NCBI GenBank assembly: GCA_002502135.1
Contig: DAPM01000017.1
Coordinates: forward strand, 5,548-69,547
Reading direction: 5' to 3'
DNA from: an archaeon UBA543
GTDB taxonomy: Archaea > Undinarchaeota > Undinarchaeia > Undinarchaeales > UBA543
Length of the DNA: 64,000 nt
The notes under the pieces were generated by a model. That model was not told the DNA's origin and ran no database searches. It was given only the letters and a program-made list of their open reading frames with translations. This document shows positions 55,035-64,000 of this stretch, piece by piece (the stretch's first letter is position 1; every line of letters begins with the position of its first letter). The position numbers were made by a program, and so were the translations under genes.

Positions 55035-56702
55035 ATGGCTGAAAAAACCAAAAAATTCGACAAAAAATACGTCATCTATATAGCACTCGTGCTTTTGATA
55101 CTTGTTGGCGCATACTTCCGTTTTTACCATGCGGATTATCCTGCTGTGGGGTACCACAATTGGAAAGAAACCCACTATCTCACTGAAGCTAGGAACTTCA
55201 ATCAGGACGGTTTCTTTGCAAATGGATTCTTTGCACCAGAATGGGATTATCCTGCACTTAACACAAATCAAGCTGGTTTGCACGGCGATACTTTCCCCAT
55301 GATAAGTGTGCTTACTGCAGTTTCTTTCAAAATTTTCGGAGAAACATTGCTTGCAGCGCGGATGATAGGAATCCTATGCGGACTAGCTGCAATTTATCTG
55401 ATGTTCCAGATCTGCAAGAAAATGTTCAAGCGCGATGATATTGCAATCGTTGCTGCAGCTCTTACGGCTATAAGTCCGCTGTTTGTGTTTTTCAGCAGAA
55501 ATGTTCAGCTTGTAAATCCTGCACTTCTATTCATGCTGTTGTCCTGGTATTTCTTCCTTGATTGGCGTGAGTCACTTGCTTTGAAGAAAGGTATACTGAC
55601 TGCGTTATTTTTGATGCTATCTCTTCTGACAAAATATTCATTCTTCTTAATTGCAATTCCAATGCTTGCAACAATTCCTAAGAAAGTTTGGAAAGAAGTT
55701 GGCGGAGCTGCAAAGAAATTCAATTTGAAAAAGCTCAAACCATATCTGATTTATGGTGCACTCATGCTTCCGGTTCCTGCCTGGTATGCTTATGCAAAAG
55801 TCCTTGAAGCAAAGAGTGGAATGACAACTGTTTCAAGCTCTATTTTCACTGCAGACATGGCTGGAATTCTTTCCAGTTCATGGTGGACTGCAGTTAAGGG
55901 ATATGTAGCTGACAATTACACAATGATTGGGTTTATTATTGCAATTGTCGGGCTTCTGCTTGTTTACTTTATGAAAAAGGACAGTTTCGGCAACAAATTC
56001 ACACTCTGGTATGCTGCAGGATCTGTTCCATGGATTCTAATGATGGTCGGACAGCTTGGAGGCCACTCTTACCATCAATATCCAATTGCTCCTTTGATTA
56101 TAATTCTGATGTCATATGCGCTTGTGGCTGTTGTAACAAACATTGCTGGAATGGTTGGAAAAGGAGTTACAAGAGATTATGCAAAGTATGGACTCCTCTT
56201 GTTAGCAGTAATTCTTCTCCTAATACCGTCTGTAAGTGCAGCTTCCAGGCAGTTTGATGTTCAATTCCTGGGATTGGATATTGCTGGCGAATATATTAAA
56301 GATCACAGCTCTCCTGAAGACAGAATAATTTTCTCCAGAGGCCAGAGCTTTGGAGTATTATGGCATGCAGACAGGAAAGGATATGGAATTCCGCTTCCAG
56401 AAGCGGATCAGATAATGGCTGGAGAAGCTCAAGGTGTGAAGTGGATTTTGCTTTATCAATGGGGATTAGGAACTTTCCAGAATCCTGGCAGTGCTGGATA
56501 CTTGCAGGAAAATTATGCTCCTGTGCAAATGGGCTTCATGAGCAATGGCGAGCAGACTCAACTGGTTTATATCTTGTTAAAGAAGGGAGGCTCTTTCACT
56601 CAGGAGAGTTTGCAAGCATTCCCTAATGAACATGGGGTTGACACTAAAATCTATGAATTCTCCAAAGGATACATAGAATTTGCATACTCTTCTGCTGACT
56701 AA
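55035..56702 (+). CDS. GT-C fold membrane glycosyltransferase (PMT_2/ArnT-like)
   Basis: 555-aa polytopic protein. The N-terminus FRFYHADYPAVGYHNWKETHYLTEAR resembles YkcB/ArnT-like proteins, and there is a large C-terminal soluble domain. Confidence 0.5.
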   Translation: MAEKTKKFDKKYVIYIALVLLILVGAYFRFYHADYPAVGYHNWKETHYLTEARNFNQDGFFANGFFAPEWDYPALNTNQAGLHGDTFPMISVLTAVSFKIFGETLLAARMIGILCGLAAIYLMFQICKKMFKRDDIAIVAAALTAISPLFVFFSRNVQLVNPALLFMLLSWYFFLDWRESLALKKGILTALFLMLSLLTKYSFFLIAIPMLATIPKKVWKEVGGAAKKFNLKKLKPYLIYGALMLPVPAWYAYAKVLEAKSGMTTVSSSIFTADMAGILSSSWWTAVKGYVADNYTMIGFIIAIVGLLLVYFMKKDSFGNKFTLWYAAGSVPWILMMVGQLGGHSYHQYPIAPLIIILMSYALVAVVTNIAGMVGKGVTRDYAKYGLLLLAVILLLIPSVSAASRQFDVQFLGLDIAGEYIKDHSSPEDRIIFSRGQSFGVLWHADRKGYGIPLPEADQIMAGEAQGVKWILLYQWGLGTFQNPGSAGYLQENYAPVQMGFMSNGEQTQLVYILLKKGGSFTQESLQAFPNEHGVDTKIYEFSKGYIEFAYSSAD

Positions 56703-57679
56703 TGAAAATAAGCAAGCGTATTAAGACAGTTCTCGCAATCTTACTGACTGTTGGTCTTGTCTGGTTTCTTGCAATGCAGGTTAATTTAGCTGATGTTATT
56801 CAGATTATTCAGCAAATGCCGATTAGTTTGCTTCTTGCAAGTTTTGGTTTGTATGTATTGGGTCATCTTGGCAGAACTATTCGGTTTTACAAGCTTCTTG
56901 GCTGGAAAAACGGATTTCACGAGCTTTTCAGTATTGTTGCCCTGCACAACTTGTTCATAAATACGCTTCCTGCAAGGACAGGTGAGCTTTCATACCTTTA
57001 CATGACTAAAAAACGAGATGTTTCTATTGCAAAGAGTGGTTCTGTGCTTGTAATTGCTCGTATTCTGGACATGATTGCTATTGCAGTTATTCTATTGGTT
57101 GCTGTAATTATGGTTCCAGTGCTTCCTGCATTTTTGGCAACTGTTTCTTATTTTGTTGCAGGATTGTTAGTTGTGAGCTTGTTTATGCTGTTTTCACTTG
57201 TTCATTTCGGAAAGCATTTTATGAGCGGAATTGGGAAGCTTTTCAGCTTATTCAGACTTGGAAAAACTAGTATTGCTAAATGGGTTTTGGAAAAAGGTGA
57301 TGAAGCTATTGACAGTTTCAAGGTTTTGAAGTCAAAAGGAAGTTTTTTCGAGCATTTGTTCTACTCACTTTTCATCTGGGGAGTTCGGTTTGTACTGTTT
57401 TGGCTAATAACAATTGGATTAGGTGTTGAAGTTGGTATCTGGGTTGGTATTATTGGAATTACTTTGCCTATGCTTTCAACATTTTTGCCAATTCAAGGGC
57501 TAGGTGGTTTTGGAACTCTAGAAGGTGCTTGGGTTCTGTCGTTTATGTCACTTGGAATTGCTAAAGAAGTTGCTATTCTCACTGGTTTCGGGTTCCATAT
57601 TGTGTTCTTGACATTTTCAATAATTACTGGTGTTTATGGGTTTATGGCGCTGTCGCTAATTAAGAAATTAACAAAATAG
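56702..57679 (+). CDS. UPF0104 / flippase-like membrane protein (second copy)
   Basis: 325 aa. Same overall pattern as 18690..19652. Confidence 0.5.
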   Translation: MKISKRIKTVLAILLTVGLVWFLAMQVNLADVIQIIQQMPISLLLASFGLYVLGHLGRTIRFYKLLGWKNGFHELFSIVALHNLFINTLPARTGELSYLYMTKKRDVSIAKSGSVLVIARILDMIAIAVILLVAVIMVPVLPAFLATVSYFVAGLLVVSLFMLFSLVHFGKHFMSGIGKLFSLFRLGKTSIAKWVLEKGDEAIDSFKVLKSKGSFFEHLFYSLFIWGVRFVLFWLITIGLGVEVGIWVGIIGITLPMLSTFLPIQGLGGFGTLEGAWVLSFMSLGIAKEVAILTGFGFHIVFLTFSIITGVYGFMALSLIKKLTK

Positions 57680-58615
57680 TTATTTCTTCCTCTGAACCTT
57701 TTCAATACTGTAAGTATCACGTGGATCGTGTCTGGTTCTCACAAGCATTTCTGCAAGCACTCCTGTAAAGAACAACTGCACTCCCATAATCACTAAAAGA
57801 AGTGTAAGTATGAGCATTGGCCTGCTTGCTATTGATTCACCATAAACGAATTTTTCTATAAGCAGGTATGCGCCTGAAAGACCACCAAGGAACAGAACCC
57901 CTGCTCCAAGTGTACCAAGAATATGAACTGGCCTTTCGCTGTATCTAAGCAAGAATTTCAGAGTCAGAAGATCAAGCAATCCTTTCATCAGTCTTCCAAC
58001 ACCGTATTTTGATTTTCCAAAGCGTCTTGGCCTGTGATTAGTAACTGCTTCTGAAACTTTGTATCCTTTGCTTGCAATCAGTGCAGGAATGTACCTGTGG
58101 TTTTCCCCAAAAAGCTTCAAACCTTCAACTGCTTCACGTCTGTATGCTCTTAGGGTGCAACCGGAATCATGAATTTTCAATCCTGTAAGCTTCCTGTTTA
58201 AGAAATTTGATAATTTTGAAGGCAGTTTCTTCACAACATTGTCTTTTCTTGCCATTCTCCATCCGCAGACTACATCGTGTCCTGTTTCCAGTTTGTGAAT
58301 CAGCTTTGGAATGTCTGCAGGATCGTTCTGCAAATCAGCATCAAGAGTTACAAGTATTTTCCCTGTTGCGTGGTTGAAACCTGCCATAAGTGCCGGAGTC
58401 TGCCCGAAATTCTTCCTAAGTTTTACAATAACAACGTGAGGATCTTTTCCAGCAATTTCTGTAAGTGCGCGATGAGTTGTGTCTGTAGAGCCGTCGTCAA
58501 TAAAAATCAGCTCGTACTTTCTCTTCATCCTCTGCATAACGTCTGTTAACTCGTCGTATAGCTGCTTCACACTTTCTTCTTCATTGTAAGTTGGAAGAAC
58601 AATTGAGATATCCAT
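57680..58615 (-). CDS. Dolichyl-phosphate sugar synthase-like GT2 (DPM1/AglD/ArnC type) with C-terminal TM helices
   Basis: 311 aa. MDISIVLPTYNEEESV...FIDDGSTD...DADLQ, followed by two C-terminal TM segments. Confidence 0.8.
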   Translation of the reverse strand: MDISIVLPTYNEEESVKQLYDELTDVMQRMKRKYELIFIDDGSTDTTHRALTEIAGKDPHVVIVKLRKNFGQTPALMAGFNHATGKILVTLDADLQNDPADIPKLIHKLETGHDVVCGWRMARKDNVVKKLPSKLSNFLNRKLTGLKIHDSGCTLRAYRREAVEGLKLFGENHRYIPALIASKGYKVSEAVTNHRPRRFGKSKYGVGRLMKGLLDLLTLKFLLRYSERPVHILGTLGAGVLFLGGLSGAYLLIEKFVYGESIASRPMLILTLLLVIMGVQLFFTGVLAEMLVRTRHDPRDTYSIEKVQRKK

Positions 58616-58654
58616 ATACTGAATTTTAGCTGAGATGTTTATATAGGTTATTAT

Positions 58655-58690
58655 TTACTGTTCTGGGTGGATTAGGGGCACGGGGGCTTA
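58655..58690 (+). repeat. G-rich TTAGGGG-repeat element in a divergent promoter region
   Basis: GGATTAGGGGCACGGGGGCTTAGGGGCTTGGAG has three G4-5 runs plus GG. It shares GGGGCAC(C)GGGG with the 60492 element and TTAGG units with the 53943 element. Confidence 0.5.
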
Positions 58691-58751
58691 GGGGCTTGGA
58701 GTTGTTCTTTTTTTCTCAAAACTTAAATACACTTCCAGCAAGTTTTATTGT

Positions 58752-60092
58752 ATGGATATCAAATTCAGCACAACTGGAATCAGGGGAATTTCAAACAAGA
58801 CAATGACAGCAGAGCTTGCGCTGAAGCTAGGACAGACTTTTGGAACGTTTTTTAATGGAAAAGGGAAGGTTTTAGTTGCAAGAGACACCCGAACCAGCTC
58901 GGAAATGTTGCGCAGTGCACTGATTTCAGGTTTGCTTTCTACAGGAATTAATGTTGTGGATGCTGGTCTGGCTCCAGTTCCTGCGCTTTCCCATTGCGTT
59001 AAAGAAGGTTTTGATGCTGGAGTAATGATCACAAGTTCTCATAATCCGCCTGAATATAATGGAATGAAGTTCATGACAGGTGAAAGTGTTGAGTTTTCAT
59101 CTGGTGAAGAGAAGAAATTCATAGAATTAGCAAAAAAAGAGCCAATTAAGGCTGACTGGGATAAGGTTGGCAAGCTGGAAGAGCAGGATATTCTGGAAAA
59201 ATACAGCAAAAAACTAATTGGATTGATTGATGCTGAAGCAGTTAGGTCAGGAAAATTCAAAGTTGTTGTTGATACTGGTAATGGCGCACAGGGAAAACTG
59301 ATGCCAGGGTTGCTGGAGAAGCTGGATTGTGAAGTTGTTGGACTTTTCACAAAATTGACAGGAATTTTCGAAAGAGCACCTGAACCAAGACCAGAAACCC
59401 TTGATGTGTTGATTGAGAAAGTAAAAGCTGAGAATGCTGATTTCGGAGTTGCTTTTGATTGTGACGGTGACAGATGTATTTTTGTTGATGAAACTGGAGA
59501 AGTTGTTATGGGTGATGTTACTGGAACTCTGCTTGCAAGAGAGATTTTAAGAGAAAAGAAAGGTGCAAGAGTTGTTACACCGATTTCCACTTCAAAAGTA
59601 ATGGATGATGTTGCAGAAGCTGAAGGTGGAGAGATTATTAAGACAATGGTTGGTGCTAAATACATTGGTGAGACTTTGAAAAATGAAGGTGCTGATTACG
59701 GTTTTGAAGAAACTGGCGGAAGCTTTTTCCCGGAAATCAGTTTTACTCGAGACGGCTCTGCTGCTACAGTTAAAGTTCTTGAAGTTCTTGCAAAATCTGG
59801 GAAGAAGTTCTCTGAATTAATTGCTGAACTGCCAAAATATTATCAGATTAAGCTGAAAGTTGGCTGTGAAGAGGATAAAAAGTCGGATATTCCTAATTTG
59901 AAAGACAAAATTGACAAAGAGAATAAGGAAATTGTTACAATGGACGGAATTAAAGTTGTTTTTGAAGACGGCTCAGTGCTGATGCGCGCTTCTGGAACAG
60001 AGCCGCTGATAAGAATTTTCGTGGAAGCAATTACAAAAGAGAAAGTTGAGGAGTATGCAAGTTGGGGCGAGAGTTTGGTTAAAGCTCTTTGA
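58752..60092 (+). CDS. Phosphohexomutase (phosphoglucosamine/phosphomannomutase family)
   Basis: 446 aa. The active site ITSSHNPPEYNGMKF and four-domain layout are present. Confidence 0.85.
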   Translation: MDIKFSTTGIRGISNKTMTAELALKLGQTFGTFFNGKGKVLVARDTRTSSEMLRSALISGLLSTGINVVDAGLAPVPALSHCVKEGFDAGVMITSSHNPPEYNGMKFMTGESVEFSSGEEKKFIELAKKEPIKADWDKVGKLEEQDILEKYSKKLIGLIDAEAVRSGKFKVVVDTGNGAQGKLMPGLLEKLDCEVVGLFTKLTGIFERAPEPRPETLDVLIEKVKAENADFGVAFDCDGDRCIFVDETGEVVMGDVTGTLLAREILREKKGARVVTPISTSKVMDDVAEAEGGEIIKTMVGAKYIGETLKNEGADYGFEETGGSFFPEISFTRDGSAATVKVLEVLAKSGKKFSELIAELPKYYQIKLKVGCEEDKKSDIPNLKDKIDKENKEIVTMDGIKVVFEDGSVLMRASGTEPLIRIFVEAITKEKVEEYASWGESLVKAL

Positions 60093-60093
60093 G

Positions 60094-60468
60094 TTATTTC
60101 TTTTTCTTAACAGGTTTCTTTTTCTCAATCTCATCCATCCGAATAGCAACTTTCCTAACTAAATCAGTAATTTGCCTCTGTGTCTCCTGGTTTCTAATAT
60201 AAACATGGAAGATCAATGCAAATGCTCCAAGCAATCCAAGAAGCATCAGTGCATCCAAACCACGTCCAATATCTGTGAATAAGCTGAGGAAATTAGCAAA
60301 AGTCAGAGGGAACAGTGCAACTATTAACAGCAACACAGAAACAGAGCTCCAAATAACAATATCTTTTCTCTTGAACCTGCCTTTTTTGTATAAGACTCTT
60401 GTCTCAAAAGCAATCAGGAGCGCTATTGCGATCCCGACCAGTTGTATTCCAAGTATTTGTAGTTCCAT
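60094..60468 (-). CDS. Small membrane protein (DUF2304-like, GT2-associated)
   Basis: The track ORF starts 10 codons further upstream; the probable start is MELQILGIQ. Two or three TM segments plus a basic C-terminal tail. Confidence 0.4.
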   Translation of the reverse strand: MELQILGIQLVGIAIALLIAFETRVLYKKGRFKRKDIVIWSSVSVLLLIVALFPLTFANFLSLFTDIGRGLDALMLLGLLGAFALIFHVYIRNQETQRQITDLVRKVAIRMDEIEKKKPVKKKK

Positions 60469-60491
60469 TTTTTGTTTGTCCTCCTTATGAA

Positions 60492-60569
60492 GGGGCACCG
60501 GGGCGCGGGTGCGCAGGGGCGCCGTCTTGAGTTTTCGGTGCCCCGGCTACCGGTGCACCGGATCCACGG
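60492..60569. repeat. GC-rich structured intergenic element (copy B, inverted relative to copy A)
   Basis: The core 60499..60526 is the reverse complement of 23852..23879. GGGGCACCG (60492-60500) can pair with CGGTGCCCC (60537-60545). A CCGGTGCACCGG palindrome is also present. Confidence 0.6.
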
Positions 60570-60571
60570 AG

Positions 60572-61276
60572 TTACCTTTTCACCCCTATTGTCCGGAGCA
60601 ACATACTCCACACAATTCTAAGGCCGTTCTTGAACGGCATTTGATTAGTACCTCGCTGAACACTGCGGTCATCATAAATAGCTTTTATTGGTATTTCAAG
60701 TATTCGCAGGTTGTGATGTCCAAGTTGGTGGATTATTTCTGAGCTAACTTCGTATTTATCACACAAAATTATCAGTTTTTCAGCAGCTTCTCGGTTAAAT
60801 GCCCGCAAACCGCTTTGTGAATCAGTGATTGTGGTATCTGAAAGAATGTTTGTAACTCCTGTTAGAAGAGTGTTTCCAAAGCGTTTGATTCTTGGCATTA
60901 ACTCAACATCCTTTTTGCTCATAAAACGGGAACCAATAACTGCATCTGCTTTGTTGTTCTGGATTGGCTTGATTAATCTTTCAACATCTTTTCCTAAGTG
61001 CTGAAGATCTGCATCAAATGTAACTACAATATCTACATTACTCCTGATTGCTGCCTGAATTCCAGTTGAAAGCGCTGCACCAAGTCCGCGGTTGATAACA
61101 TGAGTGAGAACATGAACGCCTTGCGCTTCTGCAAATTCTTTAGTCCTGTCTTTAGATCCGTCATTTACTACAAAAATATCATTTTTCGGGAACTGTCTTT
61201 TCACATCCTTGAGAGTCTGTACTATTGACTCTTCTTCATTGTATGCAGGAATTACAAAGACTAAATTCTGTTTCAT
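60572..61276 (-). CDS. Family-2 glycosyltransferase (soluble Dol-P-sugar synthase-like)
   Basis: 234 aa. LVFVIPAYNEEESI...VNDGSKD...FDADLQ. Confidence 0.75.
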   Translation of the reverse strand: MKQNLVFVIPAYNEEESIVQTLKDVKRQFPKNDIFVVNDGSKDRTKEFAEAQGVHVLTHVINRGLGAALSTGIQAAIRSNVDIVVTFDADLQHLGKDVERLIKPIQNNKADAVIGSRFMSKKDVELMPRIKRFGNTLLTGVTNILSDTTITDSQSGLRAFNREAAEKLIILCDKYEVSSEIIHQLGHHNLRILEIPIKAIYDDRSVQRGTNQMPFKNGLRIVWSMLLRTIGVKR

Positions 61277-61324
61277 TGTTTTTATGCTCTTGATTTTCGG
61301 TTATAAAGATTATGTATTGGGGCT

Positions 61325-62206
61325 TCAGATTAGCAAAGTGACTATTCCTAGTGCAATTTCAATTCCCCAAATCACTGCAACCACTTGCCATTCTTTTCTG
61401 AAGCCAAGCCACATCACAACTTTGATAAGTGAAATATACTTTCCGCGTGGAACTAGTCGTCCATTCTCAATTCCAGTTGGCTGGTGCTCACGTCTGTCCA
61501 TTATTCCAGTGCTGAGGAATTTCAAACCAGAATCAATTGCATACGGAATCAGGAGTATTCCCAAACTCAGCAGGGGAGCGCCAATCAAATACGCTGCAAC
61601 CATCATTGTGCCGATTGGCAAAGTTCCAACATCTCCTGGGAAAACTGTTGCAGGATACTTGTTAAACAAGAGGAATGCAAACAAACAGGCTGTATAAATG
61701 TAGAGTATTGAACTGGCTGGATTGTTGCTTGAACCTGCAAGGAACAGGATTGCAATCATTCCAGTTCCCATTTCAAGACCATTAAATCCTGCGAGCATGT
61801 TTGTCCAGTTTGAAGCAACTGCAACTAATAAGAAAATCATGAGCATTGGTTTTAATTCCCAAGGCACAAGCCATAGAAGTGGAATTGCTGCACAACTGAC
61901 TATGAAGAACTTGCTTTTTGGCGGAAATCCGAAAATATCATCAAACAAGCCGATTGCTGCTGATGTCAAGAATGCTAAAAGAAGAATCAGAGTTGTTATG
62001 TTCTGGTTAATGAAATACATTACAAGCATCAGAATTGTGAATGCTCCTGCAACTGCAATGCCGCCGCTTATTGGTTTCTTTGGTTTTCCTTCCTTGTGAA
62101 AGTCATCAGAAACCAGCCCTTTGATTGTGAATTTCTTTATTGCAAGTTTTGTGAGAACTACTGTTAGGATAAAGGCTGCGCAAATGAGGTAGATAAGTTG
62201 GCTCAT
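61325..62206 (-). CDS. aglH: Polyprenyl-phosphate HexNAc-1-phosphate transferase (AglH/WecA/MraY family)
   Basis: 293 aa with about 9 TM segments. LFDDIFGFPPKSK is the cytoplasmic DDxxD-type motif of the MraY/WecA family. Confidence 0.75.
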   Translation of the reverse strand: MSQLIYLICAAFILTVVLTKLAIKKFTIKGLVSDDFHKEGKPKKPISGGIAVAGAFTILMLVMYFINQNITTLILLLAFLTSAAIGLFDDIFGFPPKSKFFIVSCAAIPLLWLVPWELKPMLMIFLLVAVASNWTNMLAGFNGLEMGTGMIAILFLAGSSNNPASSILYIYTACLFAFLLFNKYPATVFPGDVGTLPIGTMMVAAYLIGAPLLSLGILLIPYAIDSGLKFLSTGIMDRREHQPTGIENGRLVPRGKYISLIKVVMWLGFRKEWQVVAVIWGIEIALGIVTLLI

Positions 62207-63204
62207 AGTTCTAGTGCTTCTCGAACTTTAACAAGCGGATCTTCAAATTCGCCCATTGCATTTTCTGCAATTTTTCTGGAATGGTCTTTGTTTGATTCAC
62301 TAATCATTCTTGCGATTTCTGCAGGATTAAGTGAGTGCTGCATTAAATTCTTGCCTATCAACAGATTGTCAACTTCGAGCAGTTGCTGAGGATAGCAGGA
62401 TACTGTTGGAGTTCCAAGTAGTGCAGATTCCCTTGTCATTGTTCCGCCTTCTCCAAGGAATGCTTCTGAGTAGTAAACCAGGCTGTGGAAGTCAATCCCG
62501 TTTTCAGAAACCTTTGCTCCACACTTTTCAAAAACTGCCTTGTCGTGCTGGTTTCTAGGGAATGCAATTATGTCATAGTCTTTTGAAAGTTCAGAAATGT
62601 GTTTTTCAAGTGAAGTGTCTTTGTTGAAATAGGTTGCATCCAGCGGACCTGTTCTAATAGTCAGAATTTTACCTTCTTCTAATCCGAGCTGATCTAAAAC
62701 ATCTTTTTTAGCAGTGAATCCAGCAATATTAGCAACTTCACAAGTTCCATTAAAGCCAATTATATCCACGTTTCCAAAAGCGAGCTTCATTTTAGCTTCA
62801 ATACATTCCGGAACCACTGTTTTTTCAGAAAAAGGAGTTGTTAGATTGTTCTGCTCAGTGCTCTGATCATTGTCAATCACTAAAGTGCTTGGAATTCCAA
62901 GTCCGTAAGCAATTCGCATTCCTTCAATTGAGTATTTGCACAAGAATTTGTCAGGATTGAACTGTTTTACAATTGGTAGAAGCTCATTTGTGCGGTTTAT
63001 GCTGGCCTGAAGCTTTTCAGAATGGTCTTTTCCAGCGTGTTCTCCTATAATTTTAGCGTCAATGCCTTCTTGTTTTATAATATCCTCTAGGTATCCATAT
63101 TTCCTTGCTGTTATGAGCAGTTCATGATCCGGTTCCAGTTGCTTAATCAGCCGTCTGAAGAACAGAACATGCGGTGAATTGCTTAAATCAATCCATATTT
63201 TCAT
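62203..63204 (-). CDS. DUF354-like protein (GT-B-like, archaeal glycosylation-associated)
   Basis: 333 aa. The N-terminus MKIWIDLSNSPHVLFF resembles DUF354 proteins. Function not established. Confidence 0.45.
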   Translation of the reverse strand: MKIWIDLSNSPHVLFFRRLIKQLEPDHELLITARKYGYLEDIIKQEGIDAKIIGEHAGKDHSEKLQASINRTNELLPIVKQFNPDKFLCKYSIEGMRIAYGLGIPSTLVIDNDQSTEQNNLTTPFSEKTVVPECIEAKMKLAFGNVDIIGFNGTCEVANIAGFTAKKDVLDQLGLEEGKILTIRTGPLDATYFNKDTSLEKHISELSKDYDIIAFPRNQHDKAVFEKCGAKVSENGIDFHSLVYYSEAFLGEGGTMTRESALLGTPTVSCYPQQLLEVDNLLIGKNLMQHSLNPAEIARMISESNKDHSRKIAENAMGEFEDPLVKVREALEL

Positions 63205-63272
63205 CCCTAATCCCTTTCAAAAGTTAATATTAGCTGTATAAATACGTTTTCAATAGTGAAATTGTTTGAAAT

Positions 63273-64000
63273 CTACTTTTTTGAGAGTCTCAGCACATAA
63301 GTCTTGCCTTTCTTTTCCCTGACAACTGTTTTCATCTTTCTCAGCTCTGCAACTATCCTGCTCACTTTCGGACGAGAGAAGCCAGTTAGTTTTGGAAGTG
63401 CTTCTTGCCGTAGTTTTCCTTTACTCTGCTCTATTAAATTGATAATTGTCTGCTCATCATCTTCCAGAGCTTCTGCAGGAACAGATTTTTTCCTGAACAT
63501 CATTGCACCCCACAAACTAGACACTAAAAACACTGCTAATCCACCGATTATTAGTCCAATTACAAGGAATGTGCTCTTTTTTGGATCTTCGCGCTTTATT
63601 GGACGCACATTAGTTTGTTGAAGTCCGCCTAGGTTTGCAAGATCTTTCTTTACAGAATTAGAAGCGTCGCCTATGAGTATTATGCGTGTAGCGCCCAGAC
63701 GCTCAATTGCTGTTTCAACTGCTTCTGGGAGTTCGTCTGGTTCTGTAATCAGGAGAGGGCTGTTGTATTCTATTGCTGTGCGTGCTGCAAGCATGAGTTC
63801 TCCGGCATTTCCTTGAGTAACTACTACTGTTTCTGCAGAGGACCATAAGGTCATTGCAACTCTAGCTGAAGTGCCGTAACGGTTCCAGTCCCAAATACGA
63901 GTGCTGGTCATGCCGATGTTATCTAGTTTTGATTCAATGCTCTTTGGAATAGCTTCAGTTCCACCTATAATCAGGACATCTGTGTATCCTTGCTCTTTGT
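63273..64000 (-). CDS. Membrane-anchored winged-HTH regulator with extracytoplasmic CW_binding_2-like repeat; N-terminus beyond the window
   Basis: The ORF stays open to the window edge, so the track's Met at 63911 is internal. The N-terminal part (...VLIIGGTEAIPKSIESKL..., ...ILIGDASNSVKKDL...) looks like cell-wall-binding-2 repeats. One TM segment follows (FLVIGLIIGGLAVFLVSSLW). The cytoplasmic C-terminus LTGFSRPKVSRIVAELRKMKTV is a winged HTH. Confidence 0.5.
   Translation of the reverse strand, partial: KEQGYTDVLIIGGTEAIPKSIESKLDNIGMTSTRIWDWNRYGTSARVAMTLWSSAETVVVTQGNAGELMLAARTAIEYNSPLLITEPDELPEAVETAIERLGATRIILIGDASNSVKKDLANLGGLQQTNVRPIKREDPKKSTFLVIGLIIGGLAVFLVSSLWGAMMFRKKSVPAEALEDDEQTIINLIEQSKGKLRQEALPKLTGFSRPKVSRIVAELRKMKTVVREKKGKTYVLRLSKK

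Overview
This is an archaeal chromosomal segment of about 40% GC (estimated by eye). Archaeal markers include a type-II GAPDH, a 221-aa TIM, Pth2, Pus7/TruD, two AglB/STT3 oligosaccharyltransferases and a type-II tRNA-Leu(CAG). The first ~13 kb is housekeeping: a DUF371 protein, an M24 peptidase, tRNA-Leu, a translationally coupled tpiA-pgk-gap operon, an aspartate aminotransferase, full-length transketolase, pth2 and truD. From ~13.4 kb to the window end (>50 kb) there is one large protein-glycosylation (agl-like) island. It starts with two tandem AglB paralogs that carry a duplicated promoter. It then encodes about ten GT2/GT-C/GT-B/GT9 glycosyltransferases, a Wzx-like flippase, an AglH/WecA-like initiating phosphotransferase and two UPF0104 flippase-like proteins. 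For nucleotide-sugar supply it holds four SDR epimerase/dehydratases, Ugd and a phosphohexomutase. It also carries two separate heptose-activation routes: a GDP-type route (GmhA/HddA/GmhB plus a nucleotidyltransferase domain) and an ADP-type route (GmhA plus a split HldE kinase and adenylyltransferase) with a GT9 heptosyltransferase. A NeuB/NeuA-like nonulosonic acid module sits next to a large GT-B protein with a K-x-H-P motif. The most striking part is a complete phosphonate module: a PEP mutase (EDKX5NS motif) fused to a C-terminal nucleotidyltransferase, a split phosphonopyruvate decarboxylase, an Fe-ADH, a second nucleotidyltransferase and a CDP-alcohol phosphotransferase. Other notable points are a nucleotidyltransferase::B12-radical-SAM fusion, a radical-SAM/SPASM enzyme, two HTH regulators (one membrane-anchored and truncated by the window end), and a family of GC-rich or TTAGG-type intergenic repeat elements. 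No transposases, integrases, CRISPR arrays or recognisable defence genes were seen.
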